This document shows, piece after piece, positions 1 to 9,346 of a stretch of DNA of 64,000 nt (its first letter is position 1; each line of letters starts with the position of its first letter). The position numbers were made by a program, and so were the translations under genes. The notes beneath the pieces were generated by a model, which saw only the letters and a list, made by a program, of their open reading frames with translations, made no database searches and was not told the origin of the DNA. The stretch covers positions 91,641 through 155,640 of the forward strand of contig CAJFNQ010000017.1 in assembly GCA_904394975.1 (NCBI GenBank), read 5' to 3'. Source of the stretch: Candidatus Metaruminococcus gallistercoris (GTDB lineage: Bacteria > Bacillota > Clostridia > Oscillospirales > Ruminococcaceae).

Positions 1-527
1 TTGCGTCAGCTGAAGCATCTTCCAATCTTGCTCGTTTTGACGGCGTAAAATACGGTTATCGCACTGAGAATTATACCGGTTTAACCGATATGTACGAAAA
101 AACCAGAAGCGAAGGCTTTGGGGACGAAGTAAAACGTCGCATTATGTTGGGTACCTTCGTGCTTAGTTCCGGTTACTATGACGCTTATTATAAACGCGCA
201 AAACTGTTCCAGAAACAGGTTGTGGCTGAGTTTAATCAAGCGTTTGAAGGCTGTGATCTGATTCTTACCCCGACTTCACCGGTTACCGCGTTCAAGATCG
301 GTGAAAACATTGGAGATCCTCTTAAAATGTATATGAGTGACGTTTGTACAGTTACCGTCAACATTGCAGGCCTTCCTGCAATCAGCATCCCGTGCGGAAA
401 GGATGACAAAGGTCTGCCGATCGGTTTACAATTGATTGGACCGAAATTTTCGGAACAGGCTCTGTTTAATATGTCGGAACTGTATGAAATGGAAAGTGGC
501 TTTTCTTATGAAATGCCACTGAAATAA
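1..527 (+). CDS. gatA: Glutamyl-tRNA(Gln) amidotransferase subunit A, C-terminal part (5' end lies outside the window)
   Basis: Frame is open from nt 3 ([20 protein letters not shown]...), a typical GatA/amidase C-terminus. It is directly followed by gatB. Confidence 0.9.
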   Translation, partial: ASAEASSNLARFDGVKYGYRTENYTGLTDMYEKTRSEGFGDEVKRRIMLGTFVLSSGYYDAYYKRAKLFQKQVVAEFNQAFEGCDLILTPTSPVTAFKIGENIGDPLKMYMSDVCTVTVNIAGLPAISIPCGKDDKGLPIGLQLIGPKFSEQALFNMSELYEMESGFSYEMPLK

Positions 528-540
528 GAGGTGAATGAGC

Positions 541-1974
541 ATGGAATATGAGATGATCGTTGGTTTGGAAGTTCACGCAGAACTTTCTACCCAGTCTAAA
601 ATATTTTGCAGTTGCAAAAACAAGTTCGGATTAGAAGTCAACAGTCAGTGCTGCCCAATTTGTTCTGGTATGCCCGGTACATTACCGACCTTGAATGAAA
701 AAGTGGTTGAATACGCAGTCAAAATGGGACATGCGTTAAATTGCAAAATCAACCGTGTTTGCAAGCAGGACCGTAAAAACTATTTTTATCCGGATCTTCC
801 AAAGGCGTACCAGATTTCTCAGTTTGATATTCCTCTTTGTGAAAACGGTTATCTGGATGTTATGGTAGGGGATGAAACCAAGCGAATTGGCGTTACCCGC
901 ATCCATATTGAAGAAGATGCCGGAAAATTGATCCATGATGATAGCTTTGACGGTTCTCTGGTTGATTTTAACCGTTGCGGCGTTCCGCTTATCGAAATCG
1001 TTTCTGAGCCGGATATCCGCAGTTCCGAAGAGGCAAAAGCATATCTGGACACCATCCGTCAAATTTTGCAGTATTTGGATATTTCCGACTGTAAAATGCA
1101 GGAAGGCTCCATCCGTGCAGATGTAAACGTATCGGTACGCCCCAAAGGTAGCAGTGAGTTCGGAACCCGCTGTGAAATGAAAAACGTAAACTCGTTCAGC
1201 GCTGTTGTTCGTGCCATTGAATACGAAGCGAAGCGGCAGATCGAACTGATTGAAAACGGCGGTGTTGTTGAACAGGAAACAAGACGCTGGGATGATGCTA
1301 AGGGCCAGAATTTCCTTCTGCGCAGCAAGGAAGATGCACACGATTATCGGTACTTCCCGGAGCCGGATCTTCTCACCATTGTGTTGGAACAGGAATATGT
1401 TGACAAACTCAAAGAAGAGATTCCGGAACTGCCGAACGTGAAGTTTGCACGTTATTTAAAAGAGATGGGGCTTCCCAAAGCAGACGCCGCTTTACTCGTC
1501 GATAACGTTGAAAAATCAAAATTATTTGAAGCGACTGCTGCATTGAAACAATGCCAGCCGAAAAATATTGCAAACTGGATTTTGGGCGATATTTCCAAAT
1601 ATTTGAATGAAAGCAATAAGCCGCTTGAAGAAACCGCTCTTACATCTCAAAATCTTGCTGACCTGATTGAGAACGTTGAAAAGGGTGTTATTTCAAATTC
1701 CGCAGGTAAAACAGTGCTGGATGTTATCCTTGAGCAGGACAAAAAGGTTTCTGATGTGATTTCTGAAAAGGGCCTGGCTCAAATTTCGGATTCCTCAGCA
1801 TTGGAAGAAACGGTAAAAGAGGTTCTTGCCGCGAATGAGAAATCGATTCAGGACTATAAGAACGGTAAGACCAATGCGTTTGGATATCTGGTCGGTCAGT
1901 GCATGAAAGCGACAAAAGGGAAGGGTAATCCGAACATTATCAAAGAACTGATTCAAAATTACCTTGCCGAGTAA
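541..1974 (+). CDS. gatB: Aspartyl/glutamyl-tRNA amidotransferase subunit B
   Basis: MEYEMIVGLEVHAEL... is a GatB N-terminus, with a GatB/YqeY C-terminal domain. AGAGGTG lies 7 nt before the ATG at 541. An in-frame ATG at 535 is the alternative start. Confidence 0.93.
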   Translation: MEYEMIVGLEVHAELSTQSKIFCSCKNKFGLEVNSQCCPICSGMPGTLPTLNEKVVEYAVKMGHALNCKINRVCKQDRKNYFYPDLPKAYQISQFDIPLCENGYLDVMVGDETKRIGVTRIHIEEDAGKLIHDDSFDGSLVDFNRCGVPLIEIVSEPDIRSSEEAKAYLDTIRQILQYLDISDCKMQEGSIRADVNVSVRPKGSSEFGTRCEMKNVNSFSAVVRAIEYEAKRQIELIENGGVVEQETRRWDDAKGQNFLLRSKEDAHDYRYFPEPDLLTIVLEQEYVDKLKEEIPELPNVKFARYLKEMGLPKADAALLVDNVEKSKLFEATAALKQCQPKNIANWILGDISKYLNESNKPLEETALTSQNLADLIENVEKGVISNSAGKTVLDVILEQDKKVSDVISEKGLAQISDSSALEETVKEVLAANEKSIQDYKNGKTNAFGYLVGQCMKATKGKGNPNIIKELIQNYLAE

Positions 1975-1977
1975 ATT

Positions 1978-2010
1978 GAAAAAAGCCGCCTTTATGGCGG
2001 CTTTTTTGTT
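1978..2010. terminator. Bidirectional intrinsic terminator between gatB and the AKR gene
   Basis: AGCCGCC-TTTAT-GGCGGCT hairpin with an A-run on one side and a T-run on the other. Confidence 0.8.
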
Positions 2011-2013
2011 TTG

Positions 2014-2937
2014 TTACCAATCAAGTTTCATATCGACCGGGCCGGGGATAATGCCCGCAAAATTCAAGCGGCGTTTTGCCTCTTCGTAAACTTCTTGAGA
2101 CAATTTTCCTTTTTCTCCGATTTTTACATCCTCGATTAAATGCTCTACATTTCTGGTGCCGATGACGACAGAAGATATGGAAGGATGAGAAAGCGCGAAC
2201 CGAATCAGAAAGCTGTTTCGGTCTTCACCTTCATCGAACAATTCGCTGATACGAGAAGCCTCATATTTCGCCTGATAAATTGGATCATACGCTTTTACAG
2301 CGCCTCTGGTCACAATACCTGTTCCGTAACGTTCATGTACCATTTGAATTACATTTTCGCTTAAACGGGTCAATCCGCCATAAACAAGCTGTGCCATTTC
2401 AATTTCATCCCACTGCGCGAAGCGGGGAAGCGAATTGTAGCCAAATCCAGCAGGGTATCCATATTCACTCGGACCGCCATTGCGAATGGTCAAGCCAATA
2501 TGTAACGCTTTACCAGACTTTTTGGCTTCGCGAAGAGCATCCATCGCTTCATCATAACGACCGCCTTTTAAAAACTCCGGAATAACGCCATGCAGCTGTA
2601 AAATATCCACATGATCTGTTTTCATCAAACGAAGACTTTCTTCCAAATTGCTGCGAATGGTTTCTGCATTAAAAACGTAAGTAGGACCCACGCCGGACAT
2701 ATTATCACAGCATTTGGTAGCAAGAACATATTCATCACGACGGTGCTCCAGCGATTTTCCAATGAAATATTCCGCCATAGGGTATTCCGGAGAAGTGTCG
2801 ATGTAATTAATCCCGCAATCTAAAGCTGTGTTCAAAATACGATTTGCGCTGGCTTCATCCAAATAACGCAATTCCATAGTGCCAAAGCTCAGTTGTGTAA
2901 CTGATAATCCAGTCTTTCCCAAAATACGTTGTTCCAT
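2014..2937 (-). CDS. Aldo/keto reductase family oxidoreductase
   Basis: MEQRILGKTGLSVTQLSFGT... is an AKR N-terminus, with INYIDTSPEY and LQLHG motifs. Confidence 0.85.
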   Translation of the reverse strand: MEQRILGKTGLSVTQLSFGTMELRYLDEASANRILNTALDCGINYIDTSPEYPMAEYFIGKSLEHRRDEYVLATKCCDNMSGVGPTYVFNAETIRSNLEESLRLMKTDHVDILQLHGVIPEFLKGGRYDEAMDALREAKKSGKALHIGLTIRNGGPSEYGYPAGFGYNSLPRFAQWDEIEMAQLVYGGLTRLSENVIQMVHERYGTGIVTRGAVKAYDPIYQAKYEASRISELFDEGEDRNSFLIRFALSHPSISSVVIGTRNVEHLIEDVKIGEKGKLSQEVYEEAKRRLNFAGIIPGPVDMKLDW

Positions 2938-2988
2938 TGCTTTGATTCCTTTCTGATGTTGCGATTTGTTTTGTGAAGATAAACTAAA

Positions 2989-3018
2989 TTGACAAGGTAC
3001 ACTAACATTTATTATACT
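2989..3018 (+). promoter_or_regulatory. Candidate sigma-A promoter (TTGACA-18-TATACT)
   Basis: Hexamers read directly from the sequence. It shares the TTGACAARGTACA motif with the promoter at 3076. Confidence 0.35.
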
Positions 3019-3075
3019 CTATTTATTGAATGAATCAAGCAAAATAAGGTATTAAAACAATGATATAAATTCGAC

Positions 3076-3104
3076 TTGACAAAGTACAAAAAGGGAATTA
3101 TCAT
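3076..3104 (+). promoter_or_regulatory. Candidate sigma-A promoter for the recombinase gene (TTGACA-17-TATCAT)
   Basis: Consensus -35 hexamer, 17-nt spacer, about 60 nt upstream of the ATG at 3163. Confidence 0.5.
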
Positions 3105-3162
3105 ATAAGCAAACACATAATTGCGCAAAATAAAAATTTTGTGCAATAAGGAAGAGGAAGTT

Positions 3163-4167
3163 ATGCCTATGAAACAGTTATATGAAGACGCGTTTCCGCA
3201 ATTGCGGGATTATTTATTTTATCTAGAAACCATTAAAGGCCGTTCGCCAAAAACAGTGGAAGAATATTTTCACGATCTTCAAACATTCTTCCGCTTTTTA
3301 TGGGCATTCCGTTCTAAAGATCATATTGCGTTATCCGATCAGGAACAGTTTTCTAAAATATCTATTTCCCACATTGATCTGGATTTTATTCGATCCACCA
3401 CTTTGGCGGATATTTATGAATTTTTACATTACATCACCAGTGAACGTTCAAACAGCGCTACTGCACGTGCAAGAAAAATTTCTGCAATCCGCGGTTTTTT
3501 TAAATATCTAACCAACAATTTAAAGTTGCTTGAAGAAAACCCCACTTTAAATCTTGAAGTTCCATCCACAAGAAAATCTCTTCCGAAATATTTGACACTT
3601 GAACAAAGCCTGGAACTTCTAAATAGTGTCGATGGCTCATTTGAAGAACGTGATTATTGCATACTGGTGCTGTTTTTAAACTGTGGCATGCGTTTATCTG
3701 AATTGGTTGGAATCAACTGTTCTGATATTCGTGACGATACGCTAAGATTGCTTGGAAAAGGAAATAAAGAACGTGTTGTTTATTTAAATGAATCCTGTCA
3801 AAATGCAATCAGCGCTTATTTAAAAGTGCGGAAAGATAGCGCAAAAGAACCACGCGCATTGTTTCTTTCCAGCCGCGGAACACGCATCAGCCGGCGCCGT
3901 GTGCAGCAAATCGTAGAAACATTTCTCCAAAAATCGGGTCTGGGTCATATGGGTTATTCGACTCATAAACTGCGGCACACAGCTGCGACGCTGATGTATC
4001 AGTATGGTGAGATTGATATTCGAGTGTTAAAAGACATTCTGGGACATGCAAATTTAGGAACCACCGAAATTTACACCCACGTTTCCAGCAAGCAGATGAA
4101 ACATGCTGCCGAAAATAATCCGCTTGCCAATATAAACACAACGGATAAAAGTAAAAATGATCAATAA
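3163..4167 (+). CDS. Site-specific tyrosine recombinase, XerC/XerD family
   Basis: SAM-like N-terminal domain (ARKISAIRGFFKYL). Catalytic RLSEL, HKLRHTAAT and LGHANLGTTEIYTHV motifs. GAGGAAG SD before the ATG at 3163. The ORF track begins at a TTG at 3121. Confidence 0.88.
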   Translation: MPMKQLYEDAFPQLRDYLFYLETIKGRSPKTVEEYFHDLQTFFRFLWAFRSKDHIALSDQEQFSKISISHIDLDFIRSTTLADIYEFLHYITSERSNSATARARKISAIRGFFKYLTNNLKLLEENPTLNLEVPSTRKSLPKYLTLEQSLELLNSVDGSFEERDYCILVLFLNCGMRLSELVGINCSDIRDDTLRLLGKGNKERVVYLNESCQNAISAYLKVRKDSAKEPRALFLSSRGTRISRRRVQQIVETFLQKSGLGHMGYSTHKLRHTAATLMYQYGEIDIRVLKDILGHANLGTTEIYTHVSSKQMKHAAENNPLANINTTDKSKNDQ

Positions 4168-4214
4168 ACAATTGCGCAAAATATTTTTCTCTTCTTTTAT
4201 ATTTTATATATAGC

Positions 4215-4246
4215 AAAAAGGCTGATGTCAAACATCAGCCTTTTTG
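4215..4246. terminator. Bidirectional intrinsic terminator (xer gene / clpC)
   Basis: AAAAAGGCTGATG-loop-CATCAGCCTTTTT. Confidence 0.85.
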
Positions 4247-4263
4247 GTTAAGAAGAAAAAACT

Positions 4264-6762
4264 TTATTCATCTGCTTTTTCTTCAGAAGATTCTTCTGTT
4301 TTTTCTTCTTTGTTGTTTGAAAAAACAAACTCATTGTTTTCAAACGAAACGGTTACTTTATCCCCTGCTTTGAACTTCCCTTCCAGAAATTCCTCCGAAA
4401 GTTTATCTTCAATCTGCGAGGTGATGGCACGACGAAGCGGACGTGCGCCGTAAATCGGATCATATCCAACCTCAGCAATATGCTCGATGCAGGAATCCGA
4501 GAAATCAATGCTGATTTCCAATCCTTCAACACGTTTTTTCAAACCATTCAGCATGTTGCCGGCAATCTTTTTAATGTCATCCGACGTCAGCTTATGGAAA
4601 ACAATAATATCATCAATTCGGTTTAAAAATTCAGGTTTAAAGTGCTGCTTCAATTCACCCATAACATCCGCTTTGATGTCTTTATCATCTTTTACCGCGG
4701 CTTCTTCGGAAACAAAACCAAGATTTTTTCGCTCACTGATAAGCCGTGCGCCAATATTGGATGTCATGATGATTACACTGTTTTTAAAGCTTACTCTTCT
4801 TCCCTGACTGTCGGTCAAAATGCCGTCTTCCAGAATCTGAAGCAACATATTGAACACATCAGGATGTGCTTTCTCGACCTCATCAAACAAGATAACCGAA
4901 TATGGTTTCCGACGAATTTTTTCAGTCAGCTGACCGCCATCGTCATAACCAACATACCCCGGAGGCGAACCAACCATTCTAGAGACAGAGTGTTTCTCCA
5001 TGTACTCAGACATATCGAGACGAATCATGGCGTTTTCATCGCCAAACAGTGCTTCGGCCAGTGCTTTACAGAGCTCTGTTTTACCGACACCAGTCGGACC
5101 AAGGAACAAGAAAGAGCCAATTGGACGTTTCGGGTCTTTTAATCCAATCCTGCCGCGGCGAATGGCTTTCGCTACTGAACTTACCGCTTCATCCTGACCA
5201 ATAACACGTTCATGAAGAACCTTTTCAAGGTTAAGCAGTCGTTCGCCTTCCTGTTCATTCAGCTGTTTGACCGGTATGCCAGTCCAGCTGGAAACAATAT
5301 CCGCAATATCCTCCTCGGTTACTACACCGGAGTTATGCTTATTATCTTCCTGCCAATGTTGCTTTTGTTCTTCAAGCTGATTGGTAATCTCTTTTTCTTT
5401 GTCACGAATTTTGGCAGCAGATTCAAAATCCTGCGAATTAATCGCTGCAGCTTTTTCCTCGCCAAGGCGTTTTAATTCGTTTTCCAGCTGCTGCATATCC
5501 GGCGGAGCCGTGAATGCCTGCAAACGAACTTTGGATGCAGCCTCATCAATCAGGTCGATTGCTTTATCCGGCAGATACCGGTCGTTGATATAACGTGCAG
5601 ACAATTTTACTGCCGCTTTGATCGCTTCATCAGAAATTTTCACTTTATGATGGGCTTCATATTTATCACGAAGGCCAAACAGAATGGTAACAGCATCTTC
5701 TTCCGAAGGCTCATCCACCATGACCGGTTGGAAACGACGCTCCAGAGCAGAATCCTTTTCGATGTATTTGCGGTATTCATCAATTGTAGTTGCACCAATG
5801 AGCTGTAATTCACCACGTGCAAGCTGCGGTTTTAAAATATTGGCTGCGTCTACTGCGCCCTCCGCAGCGCCGGCACCGATAATCGTGTGAATTTCATCAA
5901 TAAACAGAATGATGTTGCCGGCTTTGGTGACTTCATCCAATGCACCTTTGATCCGCTCTTCGAAATCGCCGCGGTATTTTGCACCCGCCAACATAGAAGT
6001 AATATCCAAAGAAAACACCCGTTTGTTTTTCAGTGTCTCCGGCACCTCACCGTTGACGATCTTCTGTGCCAATCCTTCAGCGATTGCTGTTTTACCAACG
6101 CCGGGTTCCCCGATCAGGCAAGGATTGTTTTTGGTTCGTCTTGAGAGAATTTGGATGACACGTTTAATCTCTTCCTGACGCCCAACCACTGGATCGATTT
6201 GGTTATCCTTTGCAAGCTGGGTTAAATCACGGCCGAATTTATTTAACTGCGGGGTATCGCCGCCTTTGGCATTTGCGCTATGGGAGCTGCCGTAGCTGTT
6301 CTCCTGCGGCCCGGATACTCCTGCTTCACCAACTTCATTGATACATTCGCTGTAAAGGTCTCTGATGTTTACACCAAATTCCTGCAGAAATGCCACTGCA
6401 TAACTGTCAGACTCCCGCAAAATTGCCATCAGTAAATGCTCGGTACCAACGTAAGTGTGTTTCAAATTACGCGCTTCGTAAATTGACATTTCCAGAATGC
6501 GTTTGCTTCGAGGGGTAAAATCAGCCGGAGACATCCGGGTTGGAATCCCCTTGCCAATCACCGTTTCAAGTTTGTGATAAACATCCTGTTTTGTAATATT
6601 ATGTTTATTTAACAGAGTACCAGCCACACCGGTTTCTTCTCCGCAAAGTGCACATAAAATATGCTCACTGCCAATATAAGTATGGCCAAGTTCTGACGCG
6701 ATCTGCATGGCGTCATTTAAAACCTTGTTGGCTTTCTCAGTAAATCCATTGAATGCATACAT
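4264..6762 (-). CDS. clpC: ATP-dependent Clp protease ATP-binding subunit ClpC
   Basis: Two Clp_N repeats, two AAA+ modules (GEPGVGKT and GPTGVGKT), a UVR linker. It is the last gene of the ctsR operon. Confidence 0.97.
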   Translation of the reverse strand: MYAFNGFTEKANKVLNDAMQIASELGHTYIGSEHILCALCGEETGVAGTLLNKHNITKQDVYHKLETVIGKGIPTRMSPADFTPRSKRILEMSIYEARNLKHTYVGTEHLLMAILRESDSYAVAFLQEFGVNIRDLYSECINEVGEAGVSGPQENSYGSSHSANAKGGDTPQLNKFGRDLTQLAKDNQIDPVVGRQEEIKRVIQILSRRTKNNPCLIGEPGVGKTAIAEGLAQKIVNGEVPETLKNKRVFSLDITSMLAGAKYRGDFEERIKGALDEVTKAGNIILFIDEIHTIIGAGAAEGAVDAANILKPQLARGELQLIGATTIDEYRKYIEKDSALERRFQPVMVDEPSEEDAVTILFGLRDKYEAHHKVKISDEAIKAAVKLSARYINDRYLPDKAIDLIDEAASKVRLQAFTAPPDMQQLENELKRLGEEKAAAINSQDFESAAKIRDKEKEITNQLEEQKQHWQEDNKHNSGVVTEEDIADIVSSWTGIPVKQLNEQEGERLLNLEKVLHERVIGQDEAVSSVAKAIRRGRIGLKDPKRPIGSFLFLGPTGVGKTELCKALAEALFGDENAMIRLDMSEYMEKHSVSRMVGSPPGYVGYDDGGQLTEKIRRKPYSVILFDEVEKAHPDVFNMLLQILEDGILTDSQGRRVSFKNSVIIMTSNIGARLISERKNLGFVSEEAAVKDDKDIKADVMGELKQHFKPEFLNRIDDIIVFHKLTSDDIKKIAGNMLNGLKKRVEGLEISIDFSDSCIEHIAEVGYDPIYGARPLRRAITSQIEDKLSEEFLEGKFKAGDKVTVSFENNEFVFSNNKEEKTEESSEEKADE

Positions 6763-6785
6763 AAAAACTCATCCTTTCCATCCGG

Positions 6786-7799
6786 TCATTTTATCGCTTC
6801 ATGCAATAAATGAGTTCGCAACTCGTTGACCGGTATTTTTTCGGTATTTGGTTTACACTTTAACACCGCATCCCCACCACAGGAAAGCAGGTGATTGATT
6901 GTTTCTTGTGAAAGATCCGTGATGATTCCCAATGAAACGCCCAAACGAACATCAGAAATCAACCGGTAAAATTCCTCCGCACTCATCAAACGAGCATATT
7001 TGAGCAATCCATAACTGCGATAAACTGCGTCTTCTACTTCCACACGATTGTTTTTTAACATTGTTTGGCGTGCTTCGCGTTCACTATGAAGAATCTGGTT
7101 CACTACGCTCTTCAAATTATCAATTGCCTGTTCTTCTGAAATGCCGAGTGTAATTTGATTTGAAATCTGATAGAGAGAGCCATAAGCATTGCTTCCTTCC
7201 CCATAAGTACCACGCACGGTCAGTCCAAGTTTGGAAACAGTATTGATAATGCTGTTTAATGCACCTGCTGATTCCAAAGCTGGAAGATGCAGCATAACAG
7301 ATGCCCGAAGGCCGGTTCCGAGGTTGGTCATGCAGGTTGTTAAATAACCAAGGTCTTCGTCAAACGCATACTCAAACGACTCGTTTAAAAAATCATCGCA
7401 TTGATTTGCAAGACGATATGCCTCTTCCAAATTGAATCCAGGAACCATGACCTGAATTCTCAAATGATCTTCTTCATTCACCATAATGCTGATGGAGCGG
7501 TCAGCAGAAAGGGCTAAAAGGTTATTTCCCTGTTTTACAAAATCAGGACTGACAAGATGCTGTTCCACTAATGCTGATTTTTGATTTGGGGTTATCTGAT
7601 CCGGCCAGATTAATTCAAGTTGATTGTCTCCTAAATTTAACTCTTTCAGCTTATTTTCCACTTCGTGATTTAGTTCCTGTTTTTGGCCATCATCCATTCT
7701 ATCCAAAAAAGGATATTTCGAAAGATTACGCGCCAAACGAATGCGGGAACTGATTACAATATCACCATCATTGCCGGAAGCATCATACCATTTTTTCAT
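6786..7799 (-). CDS. mcsB: Protein arginine kinase McsB
   Basis: ATP:guanido phosphotransferase fold (NEEDHLRIQ, TNLGTGLRASVMLHLP), located between mcsA and clpC. Confidence 0.95.
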   Translation of the reverse strand: MKKWYDASGNDGDIVISSRIRLARNLSKYPFLDRMDDGQKQELNHEVENKLKELNLGDNQLELIWPDQITPNQKSALVEQHLVSPDFVKQGNNLLALSADRSISIMVNEEDHLRIQVMVPGFNLEEAYRLANQCDDFLNESFEYAFDEDLGYLTTCMTNLGTGLRASVMLHLPALESAGALNSIINTVSKLGLTVRGTYGEGSNAYGSLYQISNQITLGISEEQAIDNLKSVVNQILHSEREARQTMLKNNRVEVEDAVYRSYGLLKYARLMSAEEFYRLISDVRLGVSLGIITDLSQETINHLLSCGGDAVLKCKPNTEKIPVNELRTHLLHEAIK

Positions 7800-7800
7800 T

Positions 7801-8298
7801 TTAATCCGCCTCCCCTTTCAGCTGCTTAATCTGATCTCGCAATGCGGCTGCTTCTTCAAACTGTTGTGATTGAACTGCCGAAGATAATTTCTGCTCCAGC
7901 ATCTCAATCTGACGCTTATTTTTCAATTCCACAGGAGCCGATTGTGGTACTTTACCGGTATGTGCTGCGTTGCCATGGATTTTTCGGATGATTGGCAACA
8001 GATCCTGCTTAAAGGTTTGCACACATCCGCTGCATCCCAAATGACCCGTAGAAAGAATCTGTCTTAAGGTTGCTCCGCAATGAGGACAGCATGCTTCCTG
8101 TTGCCGTTTAGTAAATTCTTGTTGATTAAAGAGACCTGAAAACAAGCTGGATGTATTAAAAAACGGATTGGATATCCACCCTGTGTGCAGTTTGGATGCA
8201 CAATCAGAGCAAAGATACATAATGCTTGTTTGACCGTTTATTGTTTGCTTAACAGTTGTTGTTGCATTATTTTTTCCGCAATTGCTGCAAATCATCAC
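7801..8298 (-). CDS. mcsA: McsA (UvrB/UvrC-motif protein, activator of McsB)
   Basis: Repeated CxxC zinc motifs plus a C-terminal UVR motif (FEEAAALRDQIKQLK). Operon position fits. Confidence 0.9.
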   Translation of the reverse strand: MMICSNCGKNNATTTVKQTINGQTSIMYLCSDCASKLHTGWISNPFFNTSSLFSGLFNQQEFTKRQQEACCPHCGATLRQILSTGHLGCSGCVQTFKQDLLPIIRKIHGNAAHTGKVPQSAPVELKNKRQIEMLEQKLSSAVQSQQFEEAAALRDQIKQLKGEAD

Positions 8299-8311
8299 AA
8301 TTCCTCCTATT

Positions 8312-8764
8312 CTACTGAATCAATGCCAGTAACATGGATTTTAAAAGTTCTGCCCGCACCTGGTTGCCAGCTGTATGAGGTAATTTCCTTAAAATATGGT
8401 TGGTAACGGCAGACGATATGATTTTTTCATCCTTTTCTTCAATCCATTTATTATGAAACAGATTTTGCAAAATCATTCTTGCTGAATTTTCGTCAATTTC
8501 ATTTCCAATTGAATTTACCACATGCATAACCATGTTATTTGGCTTAGGGTTGATCTTTATGATTCGAATATAGCCACCGCCGCCGCGCTTGCTTTCTACA
8601 ATGTAACCATGTTCCGGTGTAAAACGGGAGGTGATTACATAATTAATCTGACTCGGTACACAACCAATCTGATTGGCCAGTTCATTGCGTTTGAGTTGCA
8701 CACTTCCACCAGATTGGTTTAAAGTATCCAATATTGCCTGTGTAATAATATCTGATATATTCAT
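8312..8764 (-). CDS. ctsR: Transcriptional repressor CtsR
   Basis: MNISDIITQAILD...ESKRGGGGYIRI is the CtsR signature. It is the first gene of the ctsR-mcsA-mcsB-clpC operon. Confidence 0.95.
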   Translation of the reverse strand: MNISDIITQAILDTLNQSGGSVQLKRNELANQIGCVPSQINYVITSRFTPEHGYIVESKRGGGGYIRIIKINPKPNNMVMHVVNSIGNEIDENSARMILQNLFHNKWIEEKDEKIISSAVTNHILRKLPHTAGNQVRAELLKSMLLALIQ

Positions 8765-8774
8765 CTTCTCACCG

Positions 8775-8849
8775 TTTGACCTTTCTTGACCTTCTGACAG
8801 TAATTATATTCTTAAAGTCAAATAAAGTCAAAGTCAATAAAGGTCAAAA
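8775..8849. promoter_or_regulatory. CtsR operator cluster (tandem GTCAAA heptad repeats)
   Basis: 8775-8791 read on the minus strand is GGTCAAGAAAGGTCAAA. On the plus strand 8816-8832 is AGTCAAATAAAGTCAAA and 8833-8849 is GTCAATAAAGGTCAAAA. All match the CtsR box RGTCAAANANRGTCAAA. Confidence 0.85.
8803..8831 (-). promoter_or_regulatory. Sigma-A promoter of the ctsR operon (TTGACT-17-TATAAT)
   Basis: On the minus strand the -35 is at 8826-8831 and the -10 at 8803-8808. The -35 lies inside one CtsR box. Another box lies just downstream of the predicted TSS. Confidence 0.7.
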
Positions 8850-9017
8850 TAGATTTTGACTAATTCATATTTCCTTGTTATTTTAAAATATCTTTTATTT
8901 TCTAACGAATTCAAAGTTTTTCTATCAATTTCATTTTGTTTTTATATTTTTTGAGTAGCACTTCTGACCGATGCAACATAGTATGTGATGTAAAACAAAA
9001 AAGGAGGTCACTTGATT

Positions 9018-9152
9018 ATGTTTAATGGTGGTTGTTGTGGAGGAAATGGTAGCTGGATTATTATTCTTATCCTGATTCTTTGCTGCTGCGGTTGTGGCGG
9101 TAATGCCTGTGGTAACAGCGGCTGCGGCAATAGCTGTGGATGCTGCGACTAA
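9018..9152 (+). CDS. 44-aa Cys/Gly-rich tiny membrane peptide (possibly a YjcZ-like sporulation peptide)
   Basis: Absent from the ORF track because it is under 60 aa. GGAGG at 9003-9007, then ATG at 9018. The product is MFNGGCCGGNGSWIIILILILCCCGCGGNACGNSGCGNSCGCCD, ending at TAA 9150. A strong terminator follows. Confidence 0.7.
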   Translation: MFNGGCCGGNGSWIIILILILCCCGCGGNACGNSGCGNSCGCCD

Positions 9153-9189
9153 TGGACAGTTCCATGTTCCCTTCACTCAAGTGAACAGG

Positions 9190-9225
9190 AAAATGCCGGG
9201 GACTTTCCCCGGCATTTTCTGTTTT
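9190..9225 (+). terminator. Intrinsic terminator after the small peptide gene
   Basis: 11-bp stem AAATGCCGGGG/CCCCGGCATTT followed by a T-rich tail. Confidence 0.85.
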
Positions 9226-9346
9226 ACTACACATAATAACCGGATGTTTACACCTTTTACATTCTTTTTCCTGCTATTCCTTTTTTATCTTATCAGTTTA
9301 TGTTATAATATTTTGTAAGAAACAGTTGTAACAGGAGGAGAAGATC

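Noticed and set aside
736-1341. 201-aa minus-strand ORF (with 849-1055, 1059-1328 and other small ORFs) inside gatB
   Set aside because: It lies entirely antisense to a confidently identified gene, has no SD and no recognisable motifs. It is a typical shadow ORF.
3163-4167. Tyrosine recombinase as a possible marker of an integrated mobile element
   Set aside because: It has the canonical XerC/XerD-like domain layout. There are no flanking phage, plasmid or transposon genes, no direct repeats and no adjacent tRNA. It is most simply the chromosomal Xer recombinase.
8931-9176. 81-aa minus-strand ORF (…AAAVTTGITATTAAA…), plus the 74-aa plus-strand ORF at 9094-9318
   Set aside because: The minus-strand ORF is the reverse-complement reading of the Cys/Gly-rich peptide gene, so it is low-complexity mirror sequence. 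It has no SD and it spans that gene's terminator. The plus-strand 74-aa ORF is out of frame and also runs through the terminator.
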